Translations under genes and position numbers: made by a program
Source: Octopus sinensis
Lineage: Eukaryota
Assembly: GCF_006345805.1 (NCBI RefSeq)
Contig: NC_043007.1
Coordinates: 27,838,001-27,902,000 of the forward strand
DNA length: 64,000 bases
Direction of reading: 5' to 3'
Part shown: one piece after another, positions 27,384 through 40,994 of the stretch
How the letters are laid out: each line of letters starts with the position of its first letter
Numbering within the stretch: position 1 is the first letter of the stretch
The notes under the pieces: generated by a model
Databases searched by the model: none
What the model was told of the DNA's origin: nothing
What the model saw: the letters and a program-made list of their open reading frames with translations, nothing else

Positions 27384-27945
27384 TGCGTACCTGTGTGTGT
27401 GCATGTGTGCGTGAATGTGTGTATATATATATTTATATGTATTTATATGTACATATACATTAATATTTACAGTCATTTAAGGAACTGCTTCGTGGTCTTT
27501 GTATATATATGTGTGTGTATGAGTATGGGTGTTTATACACGAATATGAACCTATATAATAATGAGTTCAAATTTTTGCAAAAGGCTGGCAACTTCAAGGG
27601 ACCGTGCTAAGCCGATTAGATCGATCTCAATGTTCAACTGGTACTTTTTTTTCGATCTGAAAATGATAAATGATAAAACCGACCATAGCAGAATTTGAAC
27701 TCAGAGCGTCATTAAAGACAGATGAATTTGGCCGATGCACTCATTGTTCATCAATATGTATGTGTATAACATATTGGAAAAGCATATATACACACACAAG
27801 CACACCTACTTACACAGATGCACACACACACGCACGCAGACACACAGACAGACATATGCGTGTGCATATGTGTATATGTGGTTTCGCGTGTACGTATCTG
27901 TGTGTGTGTCCTCATATATATGTTTATAGAGATAACTATATGCAT

Positions 27946-28322
27946 TACTCTCTTTACTCTTTTACTCTTTTACTTGTTTCAGTCATTTGACTGCGGCCAT
28001 GCTGGAGCACCACCTTTTAGTACTTATTCTATCGGTCTCTTTTTGCCGAACCGCTAAGTGACGGGGACCTAAACACACCAGCATCGGTTGTCAAGCAATG
28101 CTAGGGGGACAAACACAGACACACAAACACACACACATATACATATATATACATATATACGACAGGCTTCTTTCAGTTTCCGTCTACCAAATCCACTCAC
28201 AAGGCATTGGTCGGCCCGGGGCTATAGCAGAAGACACTTGCCCAAGATGCCACGCAGTGGGACTGAACCCGCAACCGTGTGGTTGGTTAGCAAGCTACTT
28301 ACCACAGAGCCACTCCTGCGCC
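27946..28322 (-). mobile_element. SINE family B full copy with (GAGTAAAA)n tail
   Basis: Near-identical to 30920-31335. Confidence 0.9.
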
Positions 28323-28649
28323 TACATATATTGGGTTTCTCTATAAATCACGTATTTTTGCGCGGACATAGATACCTTTTATAAAATTTGCAATGAAACA
28401 TACTTGGAAACAAAATTTACAGTTATTACACTTAATTGACTTTTTGCAATTAATGTACTGTCGTTGCTTAACTCAATATAAATTCAATTCGTGCCAACGT
28501 AAACCTCCGGTTAATTCAATATTTTGATTACATCCATTATCTTTTCAGTCCAATAATCACTACACACTTATGTATAATATAGATTCATTCGGACATGAGC
28601 AGATGCGCACACGTTCCGAAAAGAGATTAAACATATATACATACACAAA

Positions 28650-28688
<39 letters not shown>

Positions 28689-28715
28689 GCGCACACAGGT
28701 ACACAAACGTACACG

Positions 28716-28757
<42 letters not shown>

Positions 28758-28792
28758 ATATATATATATATATAGAGAAGAGAGAGAGAGAG

Positions 28793-28823
<31 letters not shown>

Positions 28824-28824
28824 C

Positions 28825-28881
<57 letters not shown>

Positions 28882-29150
28882 TGTTTCTTTATTAGCCACA
28901 CAGGGCTGAACAGAGAGGGGACAAATTACAAAGTAGAGCTTTTCTTTGTGTGGAGAAAAAAAGAAAGGAGGTAGGTTTTCGATCAAAAGGGATGTAAAGA
29001 AGAAGAAAAAAAGAATGTGACTGTCTTCCGCACAATTTCCGCCTACTAACCTCAATCACAATGCCTTGGTCGACCTGGGGCTATAATAAAAGTCACTTGC
29101 TTCTGACGCCGTGCCATGGGCACGAACCTGAAACCGTGTGCTTTAAACCA
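28882..29150 (-). mobile_element. Chimeric SINE: family B-like head/CORE block with a T2-like tail
   Basis: Reverse complement GCAAGTGACTTTTATTATAGCCCCAGGTCGACCAAGGC..GGCGGAAATTG, ending TTGTCCCCTCTCTGTTCAGCCCTGTGTGGCTAATAAAGAAA. Confidence 0.65.
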
Positions 29151-29771
29151 AGATTCTTACTCCTTTCATAATTTGCTAGTCTCAAGACATGATTTTTTAT
29201 TGGAAATAATACTTAATTTCAAAACCAGTTATATTTCTTATTGATGTTCATATTCTTATTCTCCATAACCTTTTCTGTTATTTTCAGTATTTTTATGCGA
29301 AAATCGTAGTCAACGCCCAGTAAAATGTTCTCTTTGAGAACTTGGCGACAAGGTCATTTCGACATTCATATCTTCCCTTATCTTTCTGAAGATATAATGT
29401 TTTAATTCGTATCTATAATTGGTCAATTCCAATCTCGTGAATCTAACCAATATTTTACCATTTTCAGCTTGAACACGTTTTGCGAAATAAAACTCACGCT
29501 GTATAAAGATCAACACGATACGCCTAATAGAAATATAATTAATATATATATGCGGTGTGTGCGTTTGTGTGTGTATGGGGAGGTTGTGTGCGTATGTATG
29601 TGTGTGTGAGGGGTTGTGTGCCTATGTGTGTGTGTGTGTGTGTTTACATAGTTGGTTGGTGATTCTGAATATACGCATTATGTGTAATTAATATGTGTGT
29701 GAGTATATATATATATATATAATATATATATGTGTGTTGTGTGTGTATATATATATGTATATATATACATA

Positions 29772-29820
<49 letters not shown>

Positions 29821-30263
29821 TATATATACATTCATGCATACATACATACATACACACATACACACACACAGGAGCGAGAAAAGCGTGAGAGAAAAATGAA
29901 AAGAGAGAGAGTTCTGCTCAAAATTATAAAAACACCGAACGAACTCTGGTTTGATTTACTAAAGGAGGATGCAAGTGAAAACACCGAGTAAGTGTTGGAC
30001 TAAACTTGTGGTGTCTTCTTGAACTCATATCTTATGCTCAATCCTGATTTATTAATTATTTTCAATTCGATACTACCTGTTTACTAATACTGCCCGGAAT
30101 TTTTCACTATCCCCAAGCAACTTATCCAGTGGCGTCTTCAGTTCATAGCTAAGTTTTCAGGTTTTGCCCAAATAAATGGGGTTTTTTTCCCTTTGGGAAA
30201 ATGCTTTCCCATATCTTTATAGATGGACACTTTTTGCCCTAGTAAATACGTAAGGACTATTAT

Positions 30264-30571
30264 AAAAGACTCCGCCGGTTACAACGACGAGGGTCCCAGC
30301 TGATACGATCAACGGAACAGCTTGCTCGTGAAATTAACGTGCAAATGGCTGAGCATTCCACAGACACGTGTACCCTTAACGTAGTTCTCGGGGATAATCA
30401 GCGTGACAAGGCTGACCCTTTGAAATACAAGTACAACTCATTTTTGCCAGCTGAGTGGACTGGAGCAACGTGAAATAAAGTGTCTTGCTCAAGGACACAA
30501 CGCGTCGCCGGGAATCGAACTCACAACCTTACGATCATGAGCCGAATGCCCTAACCACTAAGCCACGCGCC
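30264..30571 (-). mobile_element. SINE family D (different head, CORE-like block, same 3' domain as family C)
   Basis: GGCGCGTGGCTTAGTGGTTAGG..GAGTTCGATTCC..GTGTCCTTGAGCAAGACACTT, then the family C 3' domain. A diverged copy is at 16815-17107 (-) and a head with another end at 60158-60325 (+). Confidence 0.85.
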
Positions 30572-30919
30572 CTCACACATACTATTATACCTTGAGTTTG
30601 ATGAACGGGGATCTAAAGGAGAAGTCGAGGCACACTTCTTAACGGGTGTATTCTCCTAAATCCAATTTATAGCCCGAATAAAACTCCTGCGACATACTTG
30701 GGTTTTTCCGCTTGATCCCTTGCTACAAGCTTGCAGTTTTTCTTGCAATGAAATGCCCCAGAGATGGTCCAGTATTTTATGAGTTGTGCTGAAACAGTTG
30801 TGGCTTTAAGGGTGTCACGAAAGGCCTGGCTGAATGCCCAACGTGCCGAGTTCTTTGACAGAGCTTAGAAAAACTGAAGGAGAGCTGTGATAAGTGTCTG
30901 AATCCGAGCGGGGAATATC

Positions 30920-31125
30920 TCTCTCTTTTACTTGTTTCAGTCATTTGACTGCGGCCATGCTGGAGCACCACCTTTTAGTCGAGCAAATCGACCCCGGGAC
31001 TTATTCTTTGTAAGCCCAGTACTTATTCTATCGGTCTCTTTTGCCGAACCGCTAAGTGACGGGGACGTAAAAACACCAGCATCGGTTGTCAAGCAATGCT
31101 AGGGGGGACAAACACAGACACACAA

Positions 31126-31173
<48 letters not shown>

Positions 31174-31335
31174 GACAGGCTTCTTTCAGTTTCTGTCTAC
31201 CAAATCCACTCACAAGGCATTGGTCGGCCCGGGGCTATAGCAGAAGACACTTGCCCAAGATGCCACGCAGTGGGACTGAACCCAGAACCATGTGGTTGAT
31301 TAGCAAGCTACTTACCACACAGCCACTACTGCGCC
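30920..31335 (-). mobile_element. SINE family B full copy
   Basis: Near-identical to 27946-28322. Confidence 0.9.
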
Positions 31336-32234
31336 TAGATATTGAATAAAATCATAATTAACTTGTCCTCCTGTATTATCTTCTACCCAAATTCAGGACT
31401 TATCAGCAAGCCCTCGTAATGTTGCTGACAAATGTCTTTGTATGACAATGTTCGAATTAAAAGCGAATGTGCAACGAAAGACATAAAATCAAAAAACGTG
31501 TTTGAAAACGTTGTTTTTATACCTACTTCCATTTCCGAACGACTTCCATCTTCCTGACCGATAAAAAATTGTAGACAACAACAAGAAATATAATTAATTA
31601 CATTGACATATTGTTAAAACATATGTACGTTGCTACGTGAAGCAAATATCTCTTGCCATATTTTTCAGATGCCAATTGCAAAATATTGATGAAATATCGA
31701 TGTTCGTAGCAGTAAAAGAAATATCAAATAGAAGACAGAATTAGGAAAAAATTCCATTATGCAAAATTCATAATAATATGCATATATTATATAAATGTGT
31801 TATTTGCAAATAATTAATGGATAGTATGTTTTACAATTTTCTTAAAATTTATTTATGAAAATATTAAGTTGTGCCTTTGAATTCATGATTTTATCGACGG
31901 CTGCATAGATACACACACATATATGGCATCTTCACAAGAATAGGGGAACCATTATCAAAAGATCCCTTAAAGAAGCGATTTTTAAAGATGGTGAAAGGAA
32001 CACCCATATTTGCAAAGTGGAATTATTGAAACCTCAGAGAATTTCTCGTCGTCAGAGAAGCACATATCACCAGACATTAGGAGACATGCTCAACTGGTTA
32101 AGGTCAAGTAACGGCGGGCAAGTGAATACGTGGTACTGAACAGAATATTTGCTATAGACCATCTCTTTTCCAATCAGTTAAGATCAGAAGCCATCAGAAC
32201 CACTGTCTGGTACCGGCATCAGTGCATTTACTAC

Positions 32235-32470
32235 TCATCATCATCATTGTTCGACCGTGGTCGAGACAATGGAATTTACCATGCTACGCCAGACTTCACG
32301 GTCCATTATGGCATTACGGAGGTCCTGTGCTGGATGCCTGTATCCCTGGAGATTACATCTGATATTACGAGTAGATGGCTTCCAGAGAAGAAGAGTAGAA
32401 ATTACTTCTTTTTCAGCTCTACAACAATGTCCAGCAAACTGGACTCTCCTACCTTTCACAAGAGATGATA
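32235..32470 (-). mobile_element. 5'-truncated RTE-type LINE 3' end with (GAT)n tail
   Basis: ORF 32244-32459: RRVQFAGHC..LLLW..DREVWR matches the RTE C-terminal pattern RRxRxAGH..DRxxWR; followed by a TGATGATGA tail. Confidence 0.75.
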
Positions 32471-32513
32471 CAGGTGGTAGTTTCCCACTACTACTACTAC
32501 TACTACTACTACA

Positions 32514-32544
<31 letters not shown>

Positions 32545-32626
32545 TTACTAATTGTTATTATTATTATTATTTTATTATTATTATTATTATTAGTAGTAGT
32601 AGTAGTAGTAGTATAGTAGTAGTAGT

Positions 32627-32705
<79 letters not shown>

Positions 32706-33339
32706 TCGATTTTTTTTTACTGATTAGTGGACAATGTTCACAACACTGTTTGGGATTAGTGAGAAAAGAAGGAACACCCACCTGAATGAAATCATGGATC
32801 TCAGCACATGATGTTACGTAAGTTAAATGTAACCATTAATGAATCCAGGCGTAAAACGAACAAGCGGAGTAAATAGCAATGCTGCTATATACGGCTAATT
32901 GCACGTTTTGTAACTCTATATTCCCGGTAAGACATAGAATTAATGCTTGCTACAGCACATAGTGATGTCTGATCATTGAAAGCTAGAAGAAGAACGTTCA
33001 CCAAGTAAAACGAATATATTCTGAAATAATCTACATAGATGCAGGCTTGTATGTCGTTTTAAAAATGCTCACATTACAGCCTCGTTGTTCCAGGTTCAAT
33101 TCCACTGCGTGTAACTTTCGCTATAGACAGTCTATGCTTTGTGTAGGAATTTAGAGGACGGAAACTGTTTGGAAGCCCGGTGTATATGTATGTAAGTGTG
33201 TGCTTTGTATTTCCTTTGTTTTACCTCATCACCTTGCGCCAACCAATATTGTTTATTTTTTTTCTATCGCTTTCTAATCTAGCAGTTCGGCAAAATGACA
33301 AACAGAATAAGTATTTAAAAAAACCTTAAATATAAGTAC

Positions 33340-33567
33340 CTATTTCTTTACTACCCACAAGGGGCTAAACGCCGAGAGGACAAGAACAGACAAACGGATT
33401 AAGTCGATTACATCGATCCCAGTGCGTAACTGGTACTTATTTAATCGACCCTGAAAGGATGAAAGGCAAAGTCGACCTCGGCGGAATTTGAACTCAGAAC
33501 GTAGCGGCAGACGAAATACGGCTACGCAATTCGCACGGCGTGCTAACGATTCTGCCAGGTAGCCGCC
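33340..33567 (-). mobile_element. SINE family A monomer (T2 tail)
   Basis: Near-consensus reverse-complement copy ending GAAATAGGTA. Confidence 0.9.
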
Positions 33568-34004
33568 TTAATATAAGTATCGGTGTTGATTTATGCAACG
33601 GAATTCTTCAAGGTGATGCTCCAGTATGGCCTCAGTGCGATGGCTGCAACAAGAGAAAGATACAAGACAAATAACAGACGATATATAATATAACGACCAT
33701 GGCTACGAAACACAATCGAGAATAAACGGAGAATAAAATGGACGGGGATTTATAGGGAATAATTTGGCGTCGTTTTAATTCTATCACAACCGAATATTTA
33801 CTAGGAGAGAAAGTTGCAGCGTAAAAGCAATCAATATCTGCGATAATTAAACAAATTCAAAGCAGCCTTACGCACAACTGCATGATAAATATGTGAGATC
33901 TGAAACAAATGCAAACACTTCGGACTAACATTGAATGCAAGTATAAAGTGCTGTGTCGAAAGTTTGGTACTGTTTTGTGTTCTCTGTTTGCTTTATTCGT
34001 CAAC

Positions 34005-34275
34005 ACAAAACAATAGTCCAAGTCTAGTTCCGTCGGATTATTATTTATTTCGAACCCACAGCACACTTCATGCGCTCGCGAGGTTTCATCAACCAGGAGA
34101 AGATGAAAGCTTCAATGAAGGAGTTCTTTGCATTGAAGAACAAGGACTGTTATTACTGTGGGAGCAAACTGCAGGCCGAATGCTGGCTTGAAATGGTGCA
34201 ACATGGTAGCCTCTACTATCAATGCGAGGCTGCTTTTGAGGAACATTAACGAATAATGCAAATACTTTACCAAAA
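34005..34275 (+). mobile_element. mariner (DD34D-type) transposase 3' fragment
   Basis: NSPSLVPSDYYLFR (cf. YSPDLAPSDY.LF), then after a frameshift HFMRSRGF..MKEFFALKNKDCYY..W..GSLY, the typical mariner C-terminus. Confidence 0.75.
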
Positions 34276-35449
34276 TATTCAGCTGAGGCCGCATTTGTAT
34301 TTTATCCTTTCGGGGTCGATAAATTAAGCACCAGTTGCATACTGGTGTCGATCTAATCGACTTGCCCTCTCCCCCAACATTTCAGGTGTTGTGCCTAGAG
34401 TAGATAAGGATATATTTACTAGAAGTTATTATGTTCTTACGGGCGAAGTTCCTAAATGCGACACACTGTTTTGACATATACGTTACAAAACTTTTCATTC
34501 AGTACAATATTAATGAAGGTACGTTGGTTTATGCTAAATAACATAAAAGCGCTTCAAACCTCTCAGAAATGAAGCGGCCCATACGAACGTATAATGTCGG
34601 GAAATACATGTTTCATGTTTTGAGCCAATGCCAACGGTTGCAGAGGAGAGGACAAGACGATTACCTGAAACATCAGCCATCTACTGGTACGAATTTTAAG
34701 CACCCTGTAATAACGAAGGGCAAATTCGACTACTGTGACCGTTTGAGTTCAATGTAAAGCCGGAACAAATGCTTCTAAGTATTTTGTCCGACGTGTTATA
34801 GTTTCTACCACCCCCTCGCCTTCATTTATGAAAATAAAGAAATAAATAGAAGATAGGTTCTAATTCCAGAGTAATGGTACAGTACTCTCCATATTGATTA
34901 AACTGTATAAGAGGCATTTTTATTTAGCGAAATTCTATGGAATTTGTAATACAATTGAAATAATTCTTCTTAAAACAGATAAACCGTAACACAACTGTGA
35001 AATAAAGACGATGTAGTGATCACGGGGTACAACAAGCAGAAGCCAGAAATTCATATTACAGAAGCTCAAACAATGCAGAAGAGATGACAACGCCCCCGAA
35101 ACAGAAACAACTGGAAGCGTACAAAGCAAATCGGAATTCCTAAATCGTATAATATTACATATCAAATACGGAATACAATAGCAGAGAAGAAATTGTAATT
35201 ACAAATTACTCGGGCAATAACAATCATATTTTGCATTTTCAATATGTGATAATTTGGAGAATTATTGAACTGAATAACCTAAATAGGAAGAAGAAAATGA
35301 AGAAGACAATATTTACTTAAATACAAATTAAAAAAATATAGATGATCAATTAGCTGCTAAGTGAGGTTGTGGCGTATGGCAAACAAACGTACACATGTAT
35401 GTATGGATGCATGTATGTATGTATGTATGTATGTATGTATGTATGTATG

Positions 35450-35481
<32 letters not shown>

Positions 35482-35863
35482 CTTACATACGTACGTACAC
35501 ACACATGTACACATCCATGCATTGAAAGAGAGAAAGAGAGAGAAATGCCCCACATATATATATACATACATACATACGTACATACATACACACACACACA
35601 TATATATATATATATATTTAGATATATGTTCACACACATACATATGCACTCATACATAACTTCATATAAGGACACCTGCACACGTGTGTGTATTCGTGTT
35701 TAGGAGTGTCTGTATATGTTCGCGTGCGTGGGTTCCTCTGTGAGTGCGTGTATGTTTGTGTGTGTGTGTATATGTTTGTATGTGTGTGTATGTTTGTGTG
35801 TGTGTATATGTTTGTATGTGTGTGTATGTTTGTGTGTGCGCGTGCGTGTGTGTGTGTGTGTGG

Positions 35864-35894
<31 letters not shown>

Positions 35895-37361
35895 TGTGTG
35901 TGTGAGTGTGTGCTGATTAGTATGATAAAGACCACTGAAACAAATATTTGGTTTCTTTCATTTTTTTATCTCGCTTTTACATGAGAAAACGAAAATCCGA
36001 GCTCGCAGCTAATTACACTTCAGTAAAATGTTTAAATAATACAGAATAAACATAGAAATGTTTTATTAAGAAATCAAATGAAATCTACAAACATTACATA
36101 ATCTATGCAGAAAAATTCCACCATACGGTGCATATGTAACAATAATGGATGAACAAAACACGTTGCTGAAATTCTAAACCGAAAGCAAAGATGGATGCTT
36201 TCACACAATCTGCTCAAGATTAGCTCTTAATTAAAAAATATTAACAAAATTGGCAAAAGCGAAAGAAAACAATCTCCTCAACTGTAGTCAAGTTATATTT
36301 AAATGGAAGTGAAGCTAACGTGCTTAATGCAGTGAGCCCTAAAAATGTTTAACTAATTAAAATTATAATTATTTGCAATGATTAATTGCACTCAAGGAAG
36401 GCAAGCGAGACAATTCCAACATCGATGGGTGTCATTCTAATTTGGCAGATCTCAGGTGATTAAGTGATTTCCAAAATTTTGGAGAAAGCACTCTGACAAC
36501 AGCAATAACTAAAATCAGAATGGCAGCGGAATTACTCTGCCCATTTTCTTCATCTAAAGACGTAGATTTATGGTACTTAATATGAGAACCCGAGGAAAAT
36601 TTAGGATGAAAGCTTCTAAATAAGAATTATTAATTGAATCGTAACAACAAACAACAATGTATTCCGCCCATTCCATTTTGATAAATATGAACCTCACCGT
36701 TTTCCCTCTTTCGTTTTGTTGTCCAGAATTAATAATTGAATGAAACGAAAATGAACTACGAGAAATAATATCAGAGTTAGCCAGCGGTATGTATTTGAAC
36801 AACATACACCAATACAGGTGTAGCAACTAACATGTGGTACCCCTTCTTGATTTATCCCTGATTTTAGACGAGATATCATAATCACCAAATGGCAATTAAG
36901 ACCCACTCCATGTGACAAGAGATGACAATCTACTAAAACAAATAATCCAATGTTGACATAATATTAAGGAAAAAGAGAAACCTATTGCCTGGGCATAAGA
37001 GAACAGTTTGGAATGCGAGTTTCAGGCTCAATATCCGTCATCAGCACGACACTTCTCCGATATTATCTCCACTTTCCAATGCACTTAGCCTTCTTCACAA
37101 ACGTTTAATGAATTCCATTTTCATCGCTAAATTAAATATGTAAGCCTACGGCTTTATGTTTTTCATACATCAGAAAGACTTGGGAATAGTTTCTTCTATT
37201 ATCAGTTCAAGCTACCAATCCCGTCATTATCCAAACACACGTAATCTATATCTCCCTTAATAACATAGAAACTAGCAATGTTCAATAAAACCTTTGTCAC
37301 ATTGGCAACACCGTACATGTCAAAACAGTGTGTCACATTTAGGAACTTCTAGTAAATATAT

Positions 37362-37930
37362 CCTTTTGTACTATAGGCACCGAAATTTTAGGGGAAAGGG
37401 CTAGTCGATTAGATCGACCCCAGTATGCAACTGGTGTTTAATTTATCGACCCCGAAAAAGGCAATGTCGACCTCGGCGGAATTTGAACTGAGAGCGTAAA
37501 GATATACGAAATACCTATTTCTTTACTACCCACAAGGAGCCAAACACAGAGTGGACAAAAAAGGACAGACAAACGGATTAAGTCGATTACATCGACCCCA
37601 ATGCATAACTGGTATTTAATTTATCGACCCGAAAGGATGAAAAGCAAAGTCGACCTCGGCGGAATTTGAACTCAGAGCGTCAAGACAGACGATATACCTA
37701 TTTGTTTACTACCCACAAGGGGCTAAACAGAGAGGGGACAAAAAAGGACAGACAAACGGATTAAGTCGATTATATCGACCCCAAAGCGTAACTAGTATTT
37801 AATTTATCGACCCCGAAAGGATGAAAGGGTAAGTCGATCTCGGCAGGAATTTGAACTCAGAACGTAGCGGCAGACGAAATACCGCTAAGCATTTCGCCCG
37901 GTGTGCTAACATTCCTACCAGTTCGCTGCC
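37362..37930 (-). mobile_element. SINE family A tandem multimer (head + T2 + T2 + T1 units)
   Basis: Junction motif at 37509, 37692 and 37877; the last unit has the CCCCTAAAATTTCGG..GTGCCTATAGTACAAAAG-type tail. Confidence 0.9.
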
Positions 37931-38528
37931 TTGTAGTAATATATCATCTCTTTTAGGAGATATACATATACACATATACGAACTCAGACACGCGTAAAAA
38001 AATATACACATAAACTCACAGACACAGGCGCACACACACATATATGGATGCATTTTTAGGTATAATTATTTAATAAAATAGGCTGAAGCATCATCTGAAA
38101 GATCACTGAATAACTTGCGGAAGAGAGGTGTATTTAATCTTTTGATTGTTTGACAGTTATTTCTTTCAGTTTCTACAAAGTCGACTCAGCACTTTTGTCA
38201 GCCCAGTGGGACTGAACTCAGAATCATGTGGGTGGGAAAGAAGCTTCTTACCACCCGGCCAGTCCTGCAGCTATATTTGTATGCAAGAAATAAAAAGATT
38301 AACGCCGTCATTTTTCATATTCTATTCGCCAAAGCAATTATCGAAATCATGGCGCAGGCAACCAATTTAAACTGGATTTCGAGAGAAGGCTATGTATTCA
38401 AGATCTACACACACAGATACACACACACACACACACAAGCGTTTATGTATATGTGTGTGCTTGTGTTTTAAGGTCTGTACCTGTTTCTGTACGTGTGTGT
38501 CTTATACACAAGAGGAAAGACAGAGCGA

Positions 38529-38588
<60 letters not shown>

Positions 38589-39555
38589 AGGAGAGAGAAT
38601 AAAGGAGAAAGAGTGAGAGAGAAACAGAAATAGAAGGGGGAAAAGGTGAGATAGAGTAGATGTATTAAAGTTAGCCTGGAAATAAATACATTTCACAAAA
38701 TTGTATCCCTTGGAAACAAAATTCCAACAGACTCCGATATACACAGATATGTTTATACTACTTACATAACTTTAAATGTCATTATCCTTTACAGAGTTGT
38801 ATCAAATCGATAATACGTAGATGTGTGTGTATATATGTAAATTACCTGCTTCTTGCGAGGATAATTTGGTCGATGATAAAAAACTGGTATTACGCAGTCA
38901 AATACATTATTAAGAAAACATGTCATCGAATTAAGAGAAAGTGTAAATGTGAATACATTTGAATACAAATTATTTATATAAATTATTATAGGTGAAAACT
39001 AATGTACGAAAATACAATATAATAAGAGATAATATAAAATACACGTGTCTATAGTCTGGCATATTTGTTGGTTATGTAAAATTTCAGTCTATTCAATTAG
39101 AAGCGTTGAAAAACCAAAGTAAACTATATTTTTAAAAAATATACTAATGTAAGTTAATAAATTGATAGTTTTAAAAGGAAATTGGAAGGTGTAAGTTCAC
39201 TAATTAAATAAATATGAATAATAGTTGGACGTTAATTGAATTTAATGTTAAAGAATTATATAAATATATTTAAACGTGAGACTGTGTTAGACATTATGTC
39301 CAGATTATATAAGTTAATGCGGCTTAGAGCCGCTGATATATTTTTTATTGAATTGTAAAGCTATAATAATTAAAACGACGATATCTGTTGAATTGCAGTG
39401 TTTTGTTAGTAACAATATATTTTATATACAAATGAATTACTTTTTTTTCTGTTTAGGGTAGAAGCTTAAAGGGTATGCAAAATTATATGGTCTGAACCAA
39501 TTCTACACACACACACACACACAACAATGTTTGGGTTATTTCGAATACTTTTCTT

Positions 39556-40162
39556 TTTGTTTCTTCATTGCCCACAAGGGGCTAAACATAGCGGGTGGGA
39601 GGCAAACAAGGACAGACAAATGGATTAAGTCGATTATATCAACCTCCAGTGCGTAACTGGTACTTATTTAATCGACCCCGAAAGGATGAAAGGCAAAGAC
39701 GACCTCGGCGGAATTTGAACTCAGAACGTCAAGACAGGCGAAATACCTATTTCTTTACAACCCACAAGGGGCTAAACACAGAGAAGACAAACAAGGACAG
39801 ACAAACGGATTAAGTCGATTATATCGACCCCAGTGCATAAATGGTACTTAATTTATCGACACCGGAAGGATTAAAGGCAAAGTCGACCACGGCGGAATTT
39901 GAACTCAGAACGTAGCGGCAGACGAAATACCTATTTCTTTATTACCCACAAGGGGCTAAACACAGAGAGGACAAACAAGGACAGACAAACGGATTAAGTC
40001 GATTATATCGACCCCAGTGCGTAAATGGTACTTGATTTATCGACACCGGAAGGATTAAAGGCAAAGTCGACCTAGGCCGAATTTGAACTCAGAACGTAGC
40101 GGCAGAAGAAATACCGCTAAGCATTTCGCCCGCCGTGCTAACGTTTCTGCCAGCTCGCCACC
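39556..40162 (-). mobile_element. SINE family A tandem multimer (head + three units)
   Basis: AAATACC at 39741, 39925 and 40109 (184-bp period). Confidence 0.9.
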
Positions 40163-40467
40163 TTATTTCGAATACTTTTGTGACATATATGAACTTCTAT
40201 ATGTAATTCCACCGTAATTACCGCTAAAATATGTCACCCTCTATCGACCTCAGATATCCCTGAGCAGATAGAACGCATTAGCAATATAATGGAGCAGTCT
40301 CTATTGGTGAGTGACTTAAATTCTCACACTTCCCGCTCACAGAAAATATAGTAGTAGCAGCGCTAAGCAGTCGCGGATAAGGAGCAGTGAAATTACATTT
40401 AGAAATTACCAGTGCTACCATTACTATAATATATATACATTCATACATACACATATGCATATCCTCC

Positions 40468-40926
<459 letters not shown>

Positions 40927-40994
40927 CCAGTTTCAGCTTATGAGCTGTGGCCATGCTGGGGCACCGCCATTTGGTGTTGCTACTTGGTTTCACT

